Below are positions 1 through 24,192 of a stretch of DNA of 64,000 nucleotides, one piece after another. The notes beneath the pieces were generated by a model. The model saw nothing but the letters and a program-made list of their open reading frames with translations. It did not search any database and was not told the DNA's origin. Made by a program: the position numbers and the translations under genes. The stretch spans positions 186,001 through 250,000 of the forward strand of contig JAYWIR010000060.1 of assembly GCA_036172245.1 (NCBI GenBank). The letters are read 5' to 3'. Each line of letters starts with the position of its first letter. The stretch's first letter is position 1. Origin of the DNA: Raillietiella orientalis. Lineage: Eukaryota.

Positions 1-566
1 AGAAACGGAGGACCGCTGCCCCCTGTCCTGTCCTACCTCGCTGTCGCCCGTTCTCTTTACGTCCAAGAATCGCGGGAGGAAAGGGCACGACCCGGGGCAA
101 GCGAGAAAAAAAAAAGAAGCAGGAAAACGCCCGCCCGCACGCGCGTGCGATCCCTTCCAGCCCTGGGCAGCCGCGGCCGCCCCGCTGACGTCCGCCACTG
201 AGAGGAGGCGGCTGCAACGGAGTTGCTTGAATCAGGACCTCCGCGAGTTCTTCTTCTTCCTCCTCCTCCCCCTCTCCCTCCGCTTCTCTCTCCTCCCGAT
301 CGCGGACGAGTGAAATGGGAAGCCGCGCGCGCGCACAACCGGACCTGCACGCGCCCCGCGAAGGAGTGCCCGGGGAAACGGGACGATCACCCGGCGGGGC
401 ACGAGATGCGACGGATGCCGGGAACGGGGAAAGTCAGCCCACTTCCTCTCCCCACGCCGCCGCGGCGACCAGCGCAGCCCGTACGCCAGGAGGAGGAAGA
501 GGAGGAGGAGGCGCGCTTGCCCGAGGGAGACGACGACGACGACCCGTCCGCGATCCCGGGGTGGAC

Positions 567-3500
567 ATGGAGGCCGCCGGCACCGCGTGCTCCAGCGAGG
601 TGCTCCTCGGCATCGTCAGCTTCAACTGTCTGGTGAGTTGCCTAGCGATCGTTCCCTTCCACGCGCGCCTTCCTTTCCGGGAAGAAGGGGAGGTGTGCAC
701 CCCTACAGAGGCCGAGCACCCCGCGGGGGGGATGGAGGGTTGCTGTTGGCTCCCGTGGGCAGGGGAGCGCGGGAGGAGATAGGCACGCGGCTTCCAGGCG
801 AGGCCGCCGGGCCTTTTTCCCCCAGGAAGGCGCCATCCAAAAGAGGGCGCTCCCAGGTGATGTACCCCACCCCCGGGGACGCACGCGCCTGACCGCCAGA
901 GTGGTTTCCTGCAGTCAGAGTACGCTCGGTGCAGCGTACACCCATCCCACCCCCCTTCGCCTACGCACCTGGAAACCCGCGTCTCCCAAGCAGCTACACC
1001 GGCAAAGGCGAGCGCGTGCGGCACCTGACAGACGAATGGGGGATTGCCGGCGGACTGGCCCGGAGCCCGCGGCGGCGGAGGGTCTCCCACCACCCTGCGA
1101 CGAGGAGGAATGGGCCCACCCGCGCTGGAGACGCACCGGGAAAGAGGCACTGATGAGTGCGCGAGGAAGAGTCTCGCGCGCGGCTTCTGGAAGAGGACGC
1201 CTACGTCCTCCCTCCGGGTGACGCGGATACGCGCGTGCCGTTGCCTGGGACGGGTGGCACGCCGGGACGCGCGCGCGCGCGATAAACGCGCCTCCGCGCG
1301 AAAGACGCCCGCACACGACTCCGCACACGCTCTGCGCGAAACGTGTCTGTGTAACGCAGACAGCAAAGCACCGCGGTGGAACCTCCCCCTCCCCGACCCT
1401 TTTCACATACACCAACGAACGGGGGGTTCTCATCAACGTACACCTCCCCAAGCGAAGATGGAGGGGAAATGGGTCACCTCGAGAGCTATTCGGGGAAGTA
1501 GGTCACTGCTATAGCCCAGGCAGGATAGACACGGAGATTCACGTGGGTGTCCCCCCCCCCCCCTCTGCGGTTTAACCCAAAAACGGGCGGCGCAAACGGC
1601 GGGCGAGCCGGAAACAAAGGGGAGGTGGGCAGCCTTGCATGGAAGGCGAAGGGCCTCACAGCTGGCCCGCTGAAGTGTCCGGTTTCCCGGGCGACCGCTC
1701 GGATCGACGCGGAGGGTGCGCGCGGATTTCCCGGGGTGCGCCCCCTCCCCCTTCCCTTCCACATGGGTCCCTCAGGGGCTCTTCCGTTTGGCAAGGATGG
1801 CCCTAGAAAGAAACCGCTGCTCCTCTTTACCTGAAGACGCGCTCCCCTCCCCCCTCCTCCCCCGCAGACTCTCCGAGGAGCGTTCGATGCCGAACGAACC
1901 TCTCCCGACGAGATCTTCGAGGGGGAAAGAAGAAACCCTTCCATCTGGAAGCGAGGGGGAAGGCAGGGGGGAAGAGAATTAACTCCTTCCAGGAGCCGGG
2001 GCTTCGCTCCTAGGCAGGCGGCAGCGGCCTTCCAGCAGCTCGGAAGACTTCGGCCGCCGGAAGAACCCGCGGGAAGAAACACACCCTCCGGGAGCGTTTC
2101 TTTCCGCTCTGGCCGGTGGTCGCGGTCGCCCCGAGGTGCTGCTGCTGCTGGTAATGGCGCCGCCGCGCCTGCTGCGTGCGCCCGGGCTGAAAGCGTGGTT
2201 TCCACGACTCCAGAAACGCCCCTCCCCCCTTCTTTGCTCAAGCGCCTCCCCTTTGTAGATTGCGCACGCGTTCGGCCACGGACGCATGGTGGAACCGCCC
2301 TCCCGGGCGTCCATGTGGAGGTTCGGGTACCCGGGGCCGCCGGATTACAACGACAACCAGTGCTTCTGCGGCGGCATGTCGGTTCGTGGAGACCTCCCCG
2401 TAGCGGTGCCCCCTCTGGCGGCCGCCGCGGTCCGGCCCTCGGGGCAGCCCTCACTCGACCGTGCATTCTAGATCCAGTGGACGAGGAACGAAGGGAGGTG
2501 CGGCATCTGCGGCGACCGCCACGACGAGCCCAGGCCCAGGCAGCACGAACTTGGCGGGCGCTACGGGAGCGGAACCATCGTCCGGCATTACAACAAAGGA
2601 GATGTACGTCAACGTACACCTTCGGTGCGCTGCCGTGTTCAAAGAGAGAAAGAAACGGGAAGCGCGGACGAGCCGACTGCGCGCGCGCCACGGGGCGTGC
2701 GCCGATGAACGTGCGTACGTGCTCGATGCAAGTCCACGTGGAGGGCAGGCCGGCAGGGCTGCAAGAGCTGCGGATCTGCGTTTCGTTCCAGACGGACGTG
2801 CATCTCTTTGACTCGCCTGCTGGTCACGTTCTACAGCGCCTCCTTCCCGAATTTCCCGTCGTCTCTTGCGCCCTCGGCTTTCTGCGGGCGGGCGCGTCTT
2901 GGCGTGATTTGTTCCTCGTGGGGGGGGGGGGGGGAGGGGGGAATGGAGGCGGCGGCAGCAGCCTGCCGTAGGGCGGACTCCCATTTCGTGCGCCTTTCCC
3001 TCTCTCGCGCCGCGCGCCTTCGTCCCGCGCTGCATCCGTACCAATCGGTGGGTGGCGTCCGTAGAGAAGGAGCCTGCCGCGCCCCTCAAAGCACCCGGAA
3101 CCCTCCCCTTCCCTGCGCTGGACGGTGGTCGCGGTCGCGTCTGAGGTGCTGCCGGTGGTGGTCGCGGTGGCGCCGCGCCCGCTGAGCGCCCAGTCTGAAA
3201 GCGTGGTATCCAACACTCCGAAGGCGCCCACAGAGTTCGAGCTGGCGCCGCGGCAAATCGCGATCGGAGGTGCTCCGCATGTTGGAACGCAGCAGCCTGC
3301 GGCAACAACGAGGGGAACGAGGAGTGATGGGCGCGTTGATACTTCCAGCTGATCGACGTGCAGATAGAGATAACCGCCAACCACCGTGGTTACTTCGTCT
3401 TCCGCATCTGCGACATCTCCGGCGAATCCTCGGACGCCACCCAGGAATGCCTCGACGAGTAAGTGCCTTCCTTCCCTCTCCTCTTTTTCGCTCCGCCACT

Positions 3501-6500
3501 TCCGGGGAAGGGGGAGGAAGGGAGGAGAGGACCCGCTTAGAACATCTTTGCGTTCGGCGGCGTGCGGGCTCCTCCCCGTGAAAGCCGCGGCTGCACTCAC
3601 GCTCTTCCCAAACGAGGCACCTCCGACCGACAGCTCCCGTCACGTGATCTTTGCCGGCGCGATGGAAACGAACGTCGGTGCCACCCACCCTCCCTTCCTT
3701 CCCTGGCACCCAAGCGGCGACCTACAATAACAAAGTCGTGTCTCCTTAGGACCGTCCTGAACGTCGCCGGTGAGAGGAACCCGAAACACCACATCAGTTC
3801 CAGGGTCGGGGTTTTCCCGCTGCAGCTGGAACTTCCGGGCTCCCTGGAGTGCGACCACTGCGTGCTGCAGGTAAAAAAAAGACGCAGTGCTCGACGACGG
3901 CGGCGCGGCCGCGGCCCCGGGCCCACATCGCTTCCCTGCAGCCGCTTCCAGTGGTACCCAAAGTCGCCACTTTGCTGTCCCTTTGGCTCGCCTTCTTCCT
4001 CCCCCCCCCCCTTCCTTTGAAGCTTTCACCGTGCTTTCGACAAGAGAGGGCGGACGAGTCACGTGGCATCCTTGCATGATTGGCTCCCTCGGGCACGCCA
4101 CGCATCCCCGTTGAAATCCTCGTTGAGGATTCGCTTCATTCGTTCATGCGGGCAACCTTTAGAACGAAGCTCCGTGAAGGCAGGTCAGGTCAGATCCTGG
4201 AATGCAGATTGCAACTCAAAAGAGTGGTCATCCGCAGTTGGTGTCTTGAAAGCAAGTTCAACCGCTTCAGTCTTACCGAGAGGCTCACCAGGCCGGTTTC
4301 ATTCTGGGAATAGGGAGAACAAGCAGCAGCCACTGCTCTAAGAATCCGTCCCCGAAAAATAAGCGAGGAGTGAAAATGATGATGGAGTGGTAGAAATACT
4401 TTGGGCTTCTTTTCCGTCTTCGCTGTTTTCCTTCCTTCCAGCCTTTTTTCGTTTTGTTTTTTCGGATTTTCTTTTTTTTTGATTGGCTGAGCACCACGAG
4501 AACCGTCGCGCCCCCGGCAGCGGCTCGCGCAGCTCCTTGACACCGCCCCACGCCACCCGAGGGTGCGTGCGATTCTTCGAGATAGGGCATACCCGGGGCA
4601 TCCAGGAAAGGCTCAGAGTCCGTTCCTCTCACGCCTGGGGAACGATCCCCGAAGCGAAACACCTTCGCCCTGGTTGTCTCCAAAGCGTAACCCCGAAGGG
4701 AATCTCTTTCCTTATTCTCTCCACAGGGACCCCCCGGAGGGGTCCGCTCCATTTTTTCTCCTCCGGAGGGAACCGCTCCCGGTTTCCTCCTCCTCTGAAG
4801 AGAACTCCGAAATTTCTCAGAAAGGCGCTCCCCGAAGTGAGCAGTGCGCTTCTTTGCACGCTGGAGAGGCATCGATCCACCAGCTCCGTAGTACGAGGGT
4901 TCTCTCCTTTGCACAACCCGAGGGGAACCCCGACTCCTTGGTTCTGTTGCCTGGAAGGACCCCGGAGGATCGACTCCTAATCCCGACCACTCGTCGGGAG
5001 CGTCCGGTTTCATCCGCTACCGGCGCCGCACCCGAGACCTACATGCCAACCAGCGTCATCTTGCGGGAGGAAGTCGAACCCCACGACGCACCCATTTCTC
5101 TCTGGAGTCGATTCTTTCCGGGCATTCGAACCCGCGACGCATGGTGGTGCCACGGGCGCGACCTCAACAGCCACATGACCTCCGACGCGGGCTAACAGAG
5201 CAGTGACTGGTGCTTGTTCTCTCCAAGAATCAGTCTCCGAAAAATGGGCGAGGCGCCAGACACGCCGCTGCACGGAAAGCATCTTTGCTTCGCTGCTTTG
5301 CTTTTCGCTCTTCGAAGTTGCTGCGTCCGTCCTCAGCGCCGTGGGCAGAATTTTGGATGCGCGGCAAAGGAAAGCTCCGAGGTCTGCTACGGGACACGAC
5401 GGCGGTGCAGCAGGAGGGGAAAAGAGGTCTCTCGGAGCAGGGAACTTTTCCTTGTTGCCTTTGGGAACAGGAAAGTTCGGGAGCGGCCCCGAACCCTACC
5501 AAAGTCCCCCACACCCAATCCTCGACTTGGTTCTTCCGGCGGTCGCGAAATTCCCTTGCGCACTTGCCGGAGGAGGTTTTCAGAGGAAAATGGGGACGAG
5601 CGGCCGTGCCCACTGCCCTCCCGGCGAACTCGTCGGGATGAGCAGCAAGACGGAGCGTGCGTGGACGCGTGTTGTAAGCGCAGGATTTTCAAGAAGCGGA
5701 TCCGCCCACTCGAGTCAGGAGAAGGAGAGAGCGCCAAGTGCGGGCGCGCAGAACCATCGGGCGCACCTTACGCGCGCTCCAGAGGGCGCCGGCCGCCTCC
5801 TCGGACGCGGAAGGGTCGGCTGTTCCTCCGTTGGAGCGAAGCGCTACGTGGCACTCGGCTGCGGGTGGTCGACCAGCTGGATCGACCTTCCCTTGCCCTC
5901 CGCGAGGGAGCGCTGGCAGCAGATCCCCTCTGCTGGGACCTGGGAGCAGGAAACCCGGCGAACCAACCGATCGCGCGCCAAAAGCGGGCGCGGCAAGCGT
6001 TGCGCCCAACGCCCCCGGGAAGCCGCCTCGGTCGCGGCTCCCGTAGGCGGACAGAAACGGCGCGGGCGTGGCTCTTGTGCCCCCACAAAAAGAGGTCAGG
6101 AAGCGTCAGGTTGTTTTCCCTAGAGCGTGGTCGCGCGGCTCTCACGCATCCTCAGGGAATCCGAAAGAGCGGCAAGGCAAGGGTGAACGCGAGATGCTGC
6201 GCACTGCCTGTGTAGGGCGAGCCAATTGCGGATAGCGCCTCCGACGTCCGGAGACCTCGGAGACGCGAAAGCTGGTCCGGCGCGCGGAAGGAAAAAGGTG
6301 GACGAAGGGGATCAGATGAACGCGAACGTCAGCTCCCCCCTTGGGGGACTAAGGAGAGGGAGGGGCGGGGGGGGGGGGGGAAAGCGTGCGTTCCCGAAGC
6401 TGACCGGTGGTCGCGAGGCGGCGACCGGGCGACTTGCGGCACCGAAGATCCTCCGCGTGCGCCGCCCGCCCACGCTGGTGGTCGACCTGCGCGGCTTCCA

Positions 6501-8454
6501 GCGCAGGTCGAGGACGCCCGCCGGCGTCCATCCCTTGCCCGCAACGCGCGATCGTGGGAGCCTTCCCCGCCCCCGGTGGGTGCAGTGGCCTCCTCCCCAC
6601 GAAACATCAGGAAGGATCAATACATGCGTTCGCCACGTGTAGCAACACGTACACTTTCTTATACGTGGATGGACACGCGGATTCGTATCTCTTATGAAGA
6701 TCATAAAAAATGAACACGTGTGCTTATGATGTGTATTAAGATGTAATTATTTATACAGAGATGAATGTGCAGATTTATTTATTTATAATTATTACCATAC
6801 CTATCGTTAATTTACGTAATAATGTGTTCGTTATGTATTAATAAACATTCGTGTATTTTTCAAAGATTTTAATATATACTTGAATAGATGTGTATACACA
6901 TAATGAATCCATATGAAATGAATACATAAACATCGACGTGTAAACATACGCGTGGAAAATCGGGAAAGCAGAAGCCGCCATTGGTCGAGGAAGTTTTATT
7001 TGTTGCGTGTTGGAACCAAACGAGGAAAAGGAAATACCAAGTTTCTTCCCGTTTTTTTTTTTTTTCAACTGCTTTGCTTTGTTATTTTTTCCCCGCTATT
7101 TGCAACTCTCCCCGTTGTTTTGATTTTTTACAATGCGATATTTATACATTCTCGGAAAATATACATACCCGTGCAAGTGTGTATTAATATGTGTAATGAA
7201 CACACGTAAATGTATTTATGATCTTTCATATATGTACGTTAATAGCATATATTAATACCTACTGTTAATTCTATCAATAATGCATGTTGCTAAACATAAA
7301 TAAGTATGTATGTCGAAATAAATTTGTATACTTATGAAATGTATTAATGCACATAGTAAGCCTATGTTTTTATTTGTCATAATCTCTAAAATGGATGTTA
7401 AGCTATACATGGATGTGTATGTAAACGTGCAGGATATGCATTTATTTTTGAGATCTCTCGGGATTTCGATCGTTCGGGATCTTGAACCGAACCCCGAGTC
7501 GATACCTTGGCACGTCCCTCCTTCCCGTTTTCCGCCTTCCAACGCTGCCGGGACTTCGCGGGCTTCCTCGACAGGGAGGGGCGCGAATCGGCGGCGGATG
7601 AGTTGCCTCTCATCGCGCACGTGGGAACAAGTAGGATTGAAATCACCATTCGGTGCCAATGAGAGTTTGGCTCCTCGTGTTTCCTCAGTCTCATGGGGCT
7701 TTCTTTTCCCTCCTTTCTTTCTTTCCTCTTCCTTCCTTCTTTCGAGTTTAATCCCCGTTTGAAACGGGTGCCATTCCCAAAGTTGCTTTCTCCTAATTCC
7801 CTAAAAAATTCCCGTAATCCCCCTCTGGAATTGGGAAGGGATTGAGTTTGATTGCCCTCCTCCCCTTTCTCAAACTTGTAAGGACCTTCGTTGCATAAAA
7901 TGCAAACAGGTAGCCGTATTCGTCATTTGAACTGATCTGTTTGTTTTTTAAAGTGGGAATACGGAGCAGCCAACAACTGGGGAGAATGCCAGAACGGTAC
8001 CGGCGCAGTTGGTTGTGGACCCCAAGAAACATTCCGTGCATGTGCTGACGTGGCCATCAAGGAACCCACGCGTAAAGGCGCCTTCCCGAAAAGGAACTTG
8101 TACCCATCATCGGTGAATGGAACAGAGAAGGGAGCAGAGTTCAGTTCGACTCCCAGGCCGGTTTCCTCAACTAATGGCAGGATCCGGACGCGTACAAGCA
8201 AACACTCCAAACCTTTCGACGGTCTCCCAGAAATCGGCAAGAAAATCGGCAGCCACAACGAAAGCCAAGAAGGTCTTTTGATTCACAACAGTCCCTTTGC
8301 AGAACCTCCGGAGGGCAAGGTATGCCTGGAAGTTGCTCCTACGAGAATCTGGAGCCGCGTCGCAGGCATGAGGAATTGGTGCAAAATGAACTGCTTGTTG
8401 GCGACCATTCAATTTTGTCCCCCCACCCATTGTCTCTGTGTTCGTTATAGATAG
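567..8454 (+). CDS. Secreted AA15-family lytic polysaccharide monooxygenase (chitin-active type) with C-terminal Cys-rich module; 350 aa, 6 exons
   Basis: Exons 567-632, 2259-2381, 2472-2603, 3349-3458, 3750-3870 and 7954-8454 have GT..AG introns with consistent phases. Translation: 28-aa signal-like peptide MEAAGTACSSEVLLGIVSFNCLIAHAFG, then HGRMVEPPSRASMWRFGY..DYNDNQCFCGG..QW..NEGRCGICGD..ITANHRGYFVFRIC..TQECLD..LECDHCVLQWEYGAANNWG..GCGPQETFRACADVAI. These are the canonical AA15 motifs: His1 at 2277-2279, second His in ANH, Phe in ETF. Confidence 0.95.
2114..3229 (+). repeat. Diverged ~110-bp direct duplication inside LPMO introns 1 and 3 (2114-2222 and 3123-3229)
   Basis: Both copies read cggtggtcgcggtcgc..gaggtgctgc..cgccgcgcc..gcgccc..ctgaaagcgtggt.tcca..actcc..cgccc. 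Confidence 0.8.
4430..5190 (-). mobile_element. tRNA-derived SINE-like element, copy 1 (near full length)
   Basis: Pol III B-box-like GGTTCGAATGCC on the minus strand (5121-5132) and an A-rich tail on the minus strand (~4430-4482). Shares accagcgtcatcttgcggg (5049-5067 = 43856-43874) and gaaggaccccggag (4954-4967 = 43745-43758) with copy 3. 4551-4569 is the exact reverse complement of 29761-29779. Confidence 0.7.
6600..7495 (+). mobile_element. AT-rich non-autonomous TIR DNA transposon (MULE/MITE-like), copy A
   Basis: AT-rich island in GC-rich DNA. The core aggaaaaggaaataccaagtttc (7023-7045) is identical at 52356-52378 and inverted at 34929-34946. The right end gatctctcgggatttcgatcgttcgggatcttgaa matches the ends at ~52650-52685 and ~57335-57388. 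Confidence 0.7.
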
Positions 8455-11293
8455 AATAGAGTCCTCTTGAAGAGGTTTCCCGATGGCCACACGGAATTTC
8501 GGCTTTGTGTCAAGTCGGTCCGGTGTCCATTTGGATCGGAGGCGCGGACGTTTTTCGGAAGTTCGGCACTGCTGCAGGAGACGTGTGCGCGACACCCTCC
8601 CATCGGAAGAGGGCAAAACGGTTCAGTTCAGCAAACTGTGCATCCGGTAGCGAGATGGCGTCATTACGAAAGTTCCAGCAACTGTTTTTCCTGCGATTGC
8701 CTCATTGTAATACGTGAAGGAGAATTGAAATGCCCAGCGAATGCTCCCAGATGCTCGGATTTCGGTCTCTCGAAAAGGCCTCCTTCCTATTTTCTTGTCG
8801 TGCGACCGAACAAAATGCGGGTTTGTTTTAGACTTTGCAGTGAAATTCAAGCACGTCGGTTGGCCCTGGTGTAATTGCGTTGCTGTTCATGCTAAATAAA
8901 TCAAATGGATCGCCAGAAGAAAAGATGCAAAAACTTCCTCAGGAGATTTCCGTTCACTTCAGCTCTGCTTCAATTTTGAACATTCTTTTAAGTACACAAC
9001 AAAGATTCTGTTATAGTTTTGCATCCATTTCACATTTCCTTACATCTATGCATTCGACATCTGCAAAATTATGCTTGTCTAAACTACGGCCGAAATGATT
9101 TCATTATCATTTATTTTTTGGAACATGCCGCTGACATCCCTGCTGCATCCCCGTAAATCCAAACGATTTCAGATAAGCAGAAGACATGAAACACTTTGTT
9201 TCCACTTCGGTCTTCATCAGGTTTTACTCGTTTACAGAACCCCAATTACTCTTGAGAAAGCCAACTTTCTGACATGAAGTATTTTGCGCCCCTAATGCCT
9301 AGAGTTTTTTTCAGCAATATAAAATCGGAATTTCTCCTCAGAGAGGAGGGAAAAAAAAAGGTAAACCAAACTGAGCTTTGTCGTCAAGTCTACTTCATGC
9401 TTAAACTGTTCTTTAAAATGATTTAAAATGGGCCACTCATTTTTATTTTATTTTATTTTTTTTTAATTCTGATGTCGCGACTTTGAAATCCCACGAATTT
9501 CGATCTAAAATTCTTAGGAATTTTGCGATTCCTGAGGCTTTTTATAATTTAGGATTAGGAGAGGAACTCGAGGAATGGCGCTGCCCATGAGGATAAATTT
9601 GTCGATTTCGCATCTGGCAGCATTGGTACCTATGGCCAAGAACGACGGTTTTCTTTTTGCTAGCTGACTTCCAGGAATGATTTACCAGAAAAAAAAAAAA
9701 AAAAAACGAAGGACACTCCTAACGAAAGAAAACAGAAAGTTCATACGCTTCTTTGTTTGCGTAACAGAGACAAGAAGCAATCAACACAGAGCCTAATCAG
9801 CGAGATGGAATTTTGCACGCGTTCCGGTCGATAGGAGACGGTTCCGACGCTGACATTGCCCATTCTCGAAGGGCTTTTCCGTCTGCGTCTCATTCGTCGG
9901 AGAACTCTTTCCTCGATTCCCTTTTGCACGACGTTTTGCTCTCACATCACCGAAGCTGAATGGGAAGGGAGCATCGTCTTCCTGCCACGCAGGGCGGGAA
10001 GGAGAGTTGCATCTTCCGGCTGTTCGGCAAGCAGCGGGAGGAAGGTGGCCCTCCGCCACCCTCGAGGCACATTTGGGGGAAAGCTGACCACGGAGATGCG
10101 AAGTGCTTCTCTTGGAAGAAATGCGACTCTGATGCAAGAGCTGAGCTGAGTCTCTGAATTAAAGGAAGTGACTGATTATGAGTTTGTTTGTTTGTTTTTG
10201 TTTCTTTCCTGGTAGGATTGCTTAAATGAAAGGTTGCTATCGTTTGCACCACTTTTTTTCTTTTTTTTTTTCTTCGAACCTCTGATACCGTACGTGCACG
10301 TACAATGCGTGTACTCGTATACGTGGAAGGTATTTCCTCGTGCTCGCAGCCATTTTCACTCATGCGAGCCTCCAGCTGGAGACGTTTGTCTTTGTCTTCT
10401 GCGTCTCCCTGCGAGGCGACGGGAAAATCCTCACCATCGACCCTCCGCGACTGCCGAGTCAAGAAGGAAACGCAAAGTGTTGAAAGTGTCCTCCAGCAGA
10501 CAACGGGAGGGGTTGGACGGTGCATTTTCGTTTCCCTGTTTTGCACGTGGGAAGGCGGTGGATGGGCACCTATGGGTGGATGGGCGGTGCAAAGTTTCCG
10601 AGGTCGTCGGATGCCTCGTGTGGAGTAATGTGGTGGTGACTTCCGTGTTCCCGAGCTGTGCTCTCCGTGGGCTGTCCGTCGGCACGGCGTCGGCGTGCGG
10701 CGCGCCTCGAAGCGGACCTCGCGTGTCAGTGGTGTGCCACCGGGTCACCGGGATCCCTGGGGACGACGACCGCCACCACCCCCACCGCCGCTCGGTGTGT
10801 GTTTCTTGCGTGGGGCCGTTGGGCGGCTTTGCGTCGGTTGCGCTGCGCGGCTCCGCGCTGGTGTCGGCTCCACTTTTGCAGAACCCCTCCCTTTCAGGAA
10901 GAGGGGATTCTTTTCCTTGCCCCCCCCCCCCCCCCTGCCCTTTCACGCCGAAAGTGGTCACAAAACGTGGCCACCGCGGCAATCACGTTCCTATTAGCAG
11001 CGGAGGAAAACGATCGAGTGACCCGCAGTGCAGTGACGGCAAATGGGGTGTGTGCTTTTCCCATTCCTCTCGACTTGATTACAGATCCTTGTGCTTTTTA
11101 GTTTCGTTCCTTCCGTTTCGTTTTTGTCGAAAGAGGCGTGCCTATTTTCAAATGATTGTGTTTGCAAAGACCCTAGTTCATGATGTTGTCAGTCTTAGGC
11201 TTCCAAAAGTAAATTGCACACAGTATTTGGCCAAAAGGCTTTGATCATACGTTTGGAAATGATGTGCTGATTGAAATTAACGGTATTGAAACC

Positions 11294-24118
<12,825 letters not shown>

Positions 24119-24126
24119 TTGTCAAC

Positions 24127-24132
24127 ATTAAA
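24127..24132 (+). promoter_or_regulatory. Putative polyadenylation signal ATTAAA for WDR47
   Basis: ATTAAA lies 8 nt after the WDR47 stop and is followed by T-rich sequence. Confidence 0.5.
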
Positions 24133-24158
24133 GAATTCATATTTTTTGTAAAGTATTT

Positions 24159-24164
24159 TTTATT
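24159..24164 (-). promoter_or_regulatory. Putative polyadenylation signal AATAAA for RPS24
   Basis: tttatt on the + strand, 28 nt past the RPS24 stop. Confidence 0.65.
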
Positions 24165-24192
24165 ATCTTTGATTATGGCTTACTGGTTTGGA

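Noticed and set aside
1150..1185. CTGATGA followed by a strong hairpin (hammerhead-like)
   Set aside because: The stem is followed by ggcttc, not the required GAAA, and there is no stem I/III pairing.
57..6704. Many 100-400 aa ORFs in GC-rich DNA here and at 31-37 kb and 48-56 kb
   Set aside because: They overlap in all six frames, are R/P/G/A-rich with no domain motifs, and are expected from stop-codon scarcity at high GC. The real exons are short and lie in different frames.
9185..9230. Minus-strand CTGATGA-N11-GAAAC hammerhead-like core
   Set aside because: Stem II has only 2 pairs and stem I cannot form with the sequence after the putative GUH site.
11264..11293. ORF-track start (non-ATG) for WDR47 and single-exon 446-aa product
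   Set aside because: The first ATG is at 11294, and the frame continues by splicing at 12600|gtgagt to the WD40 exons.
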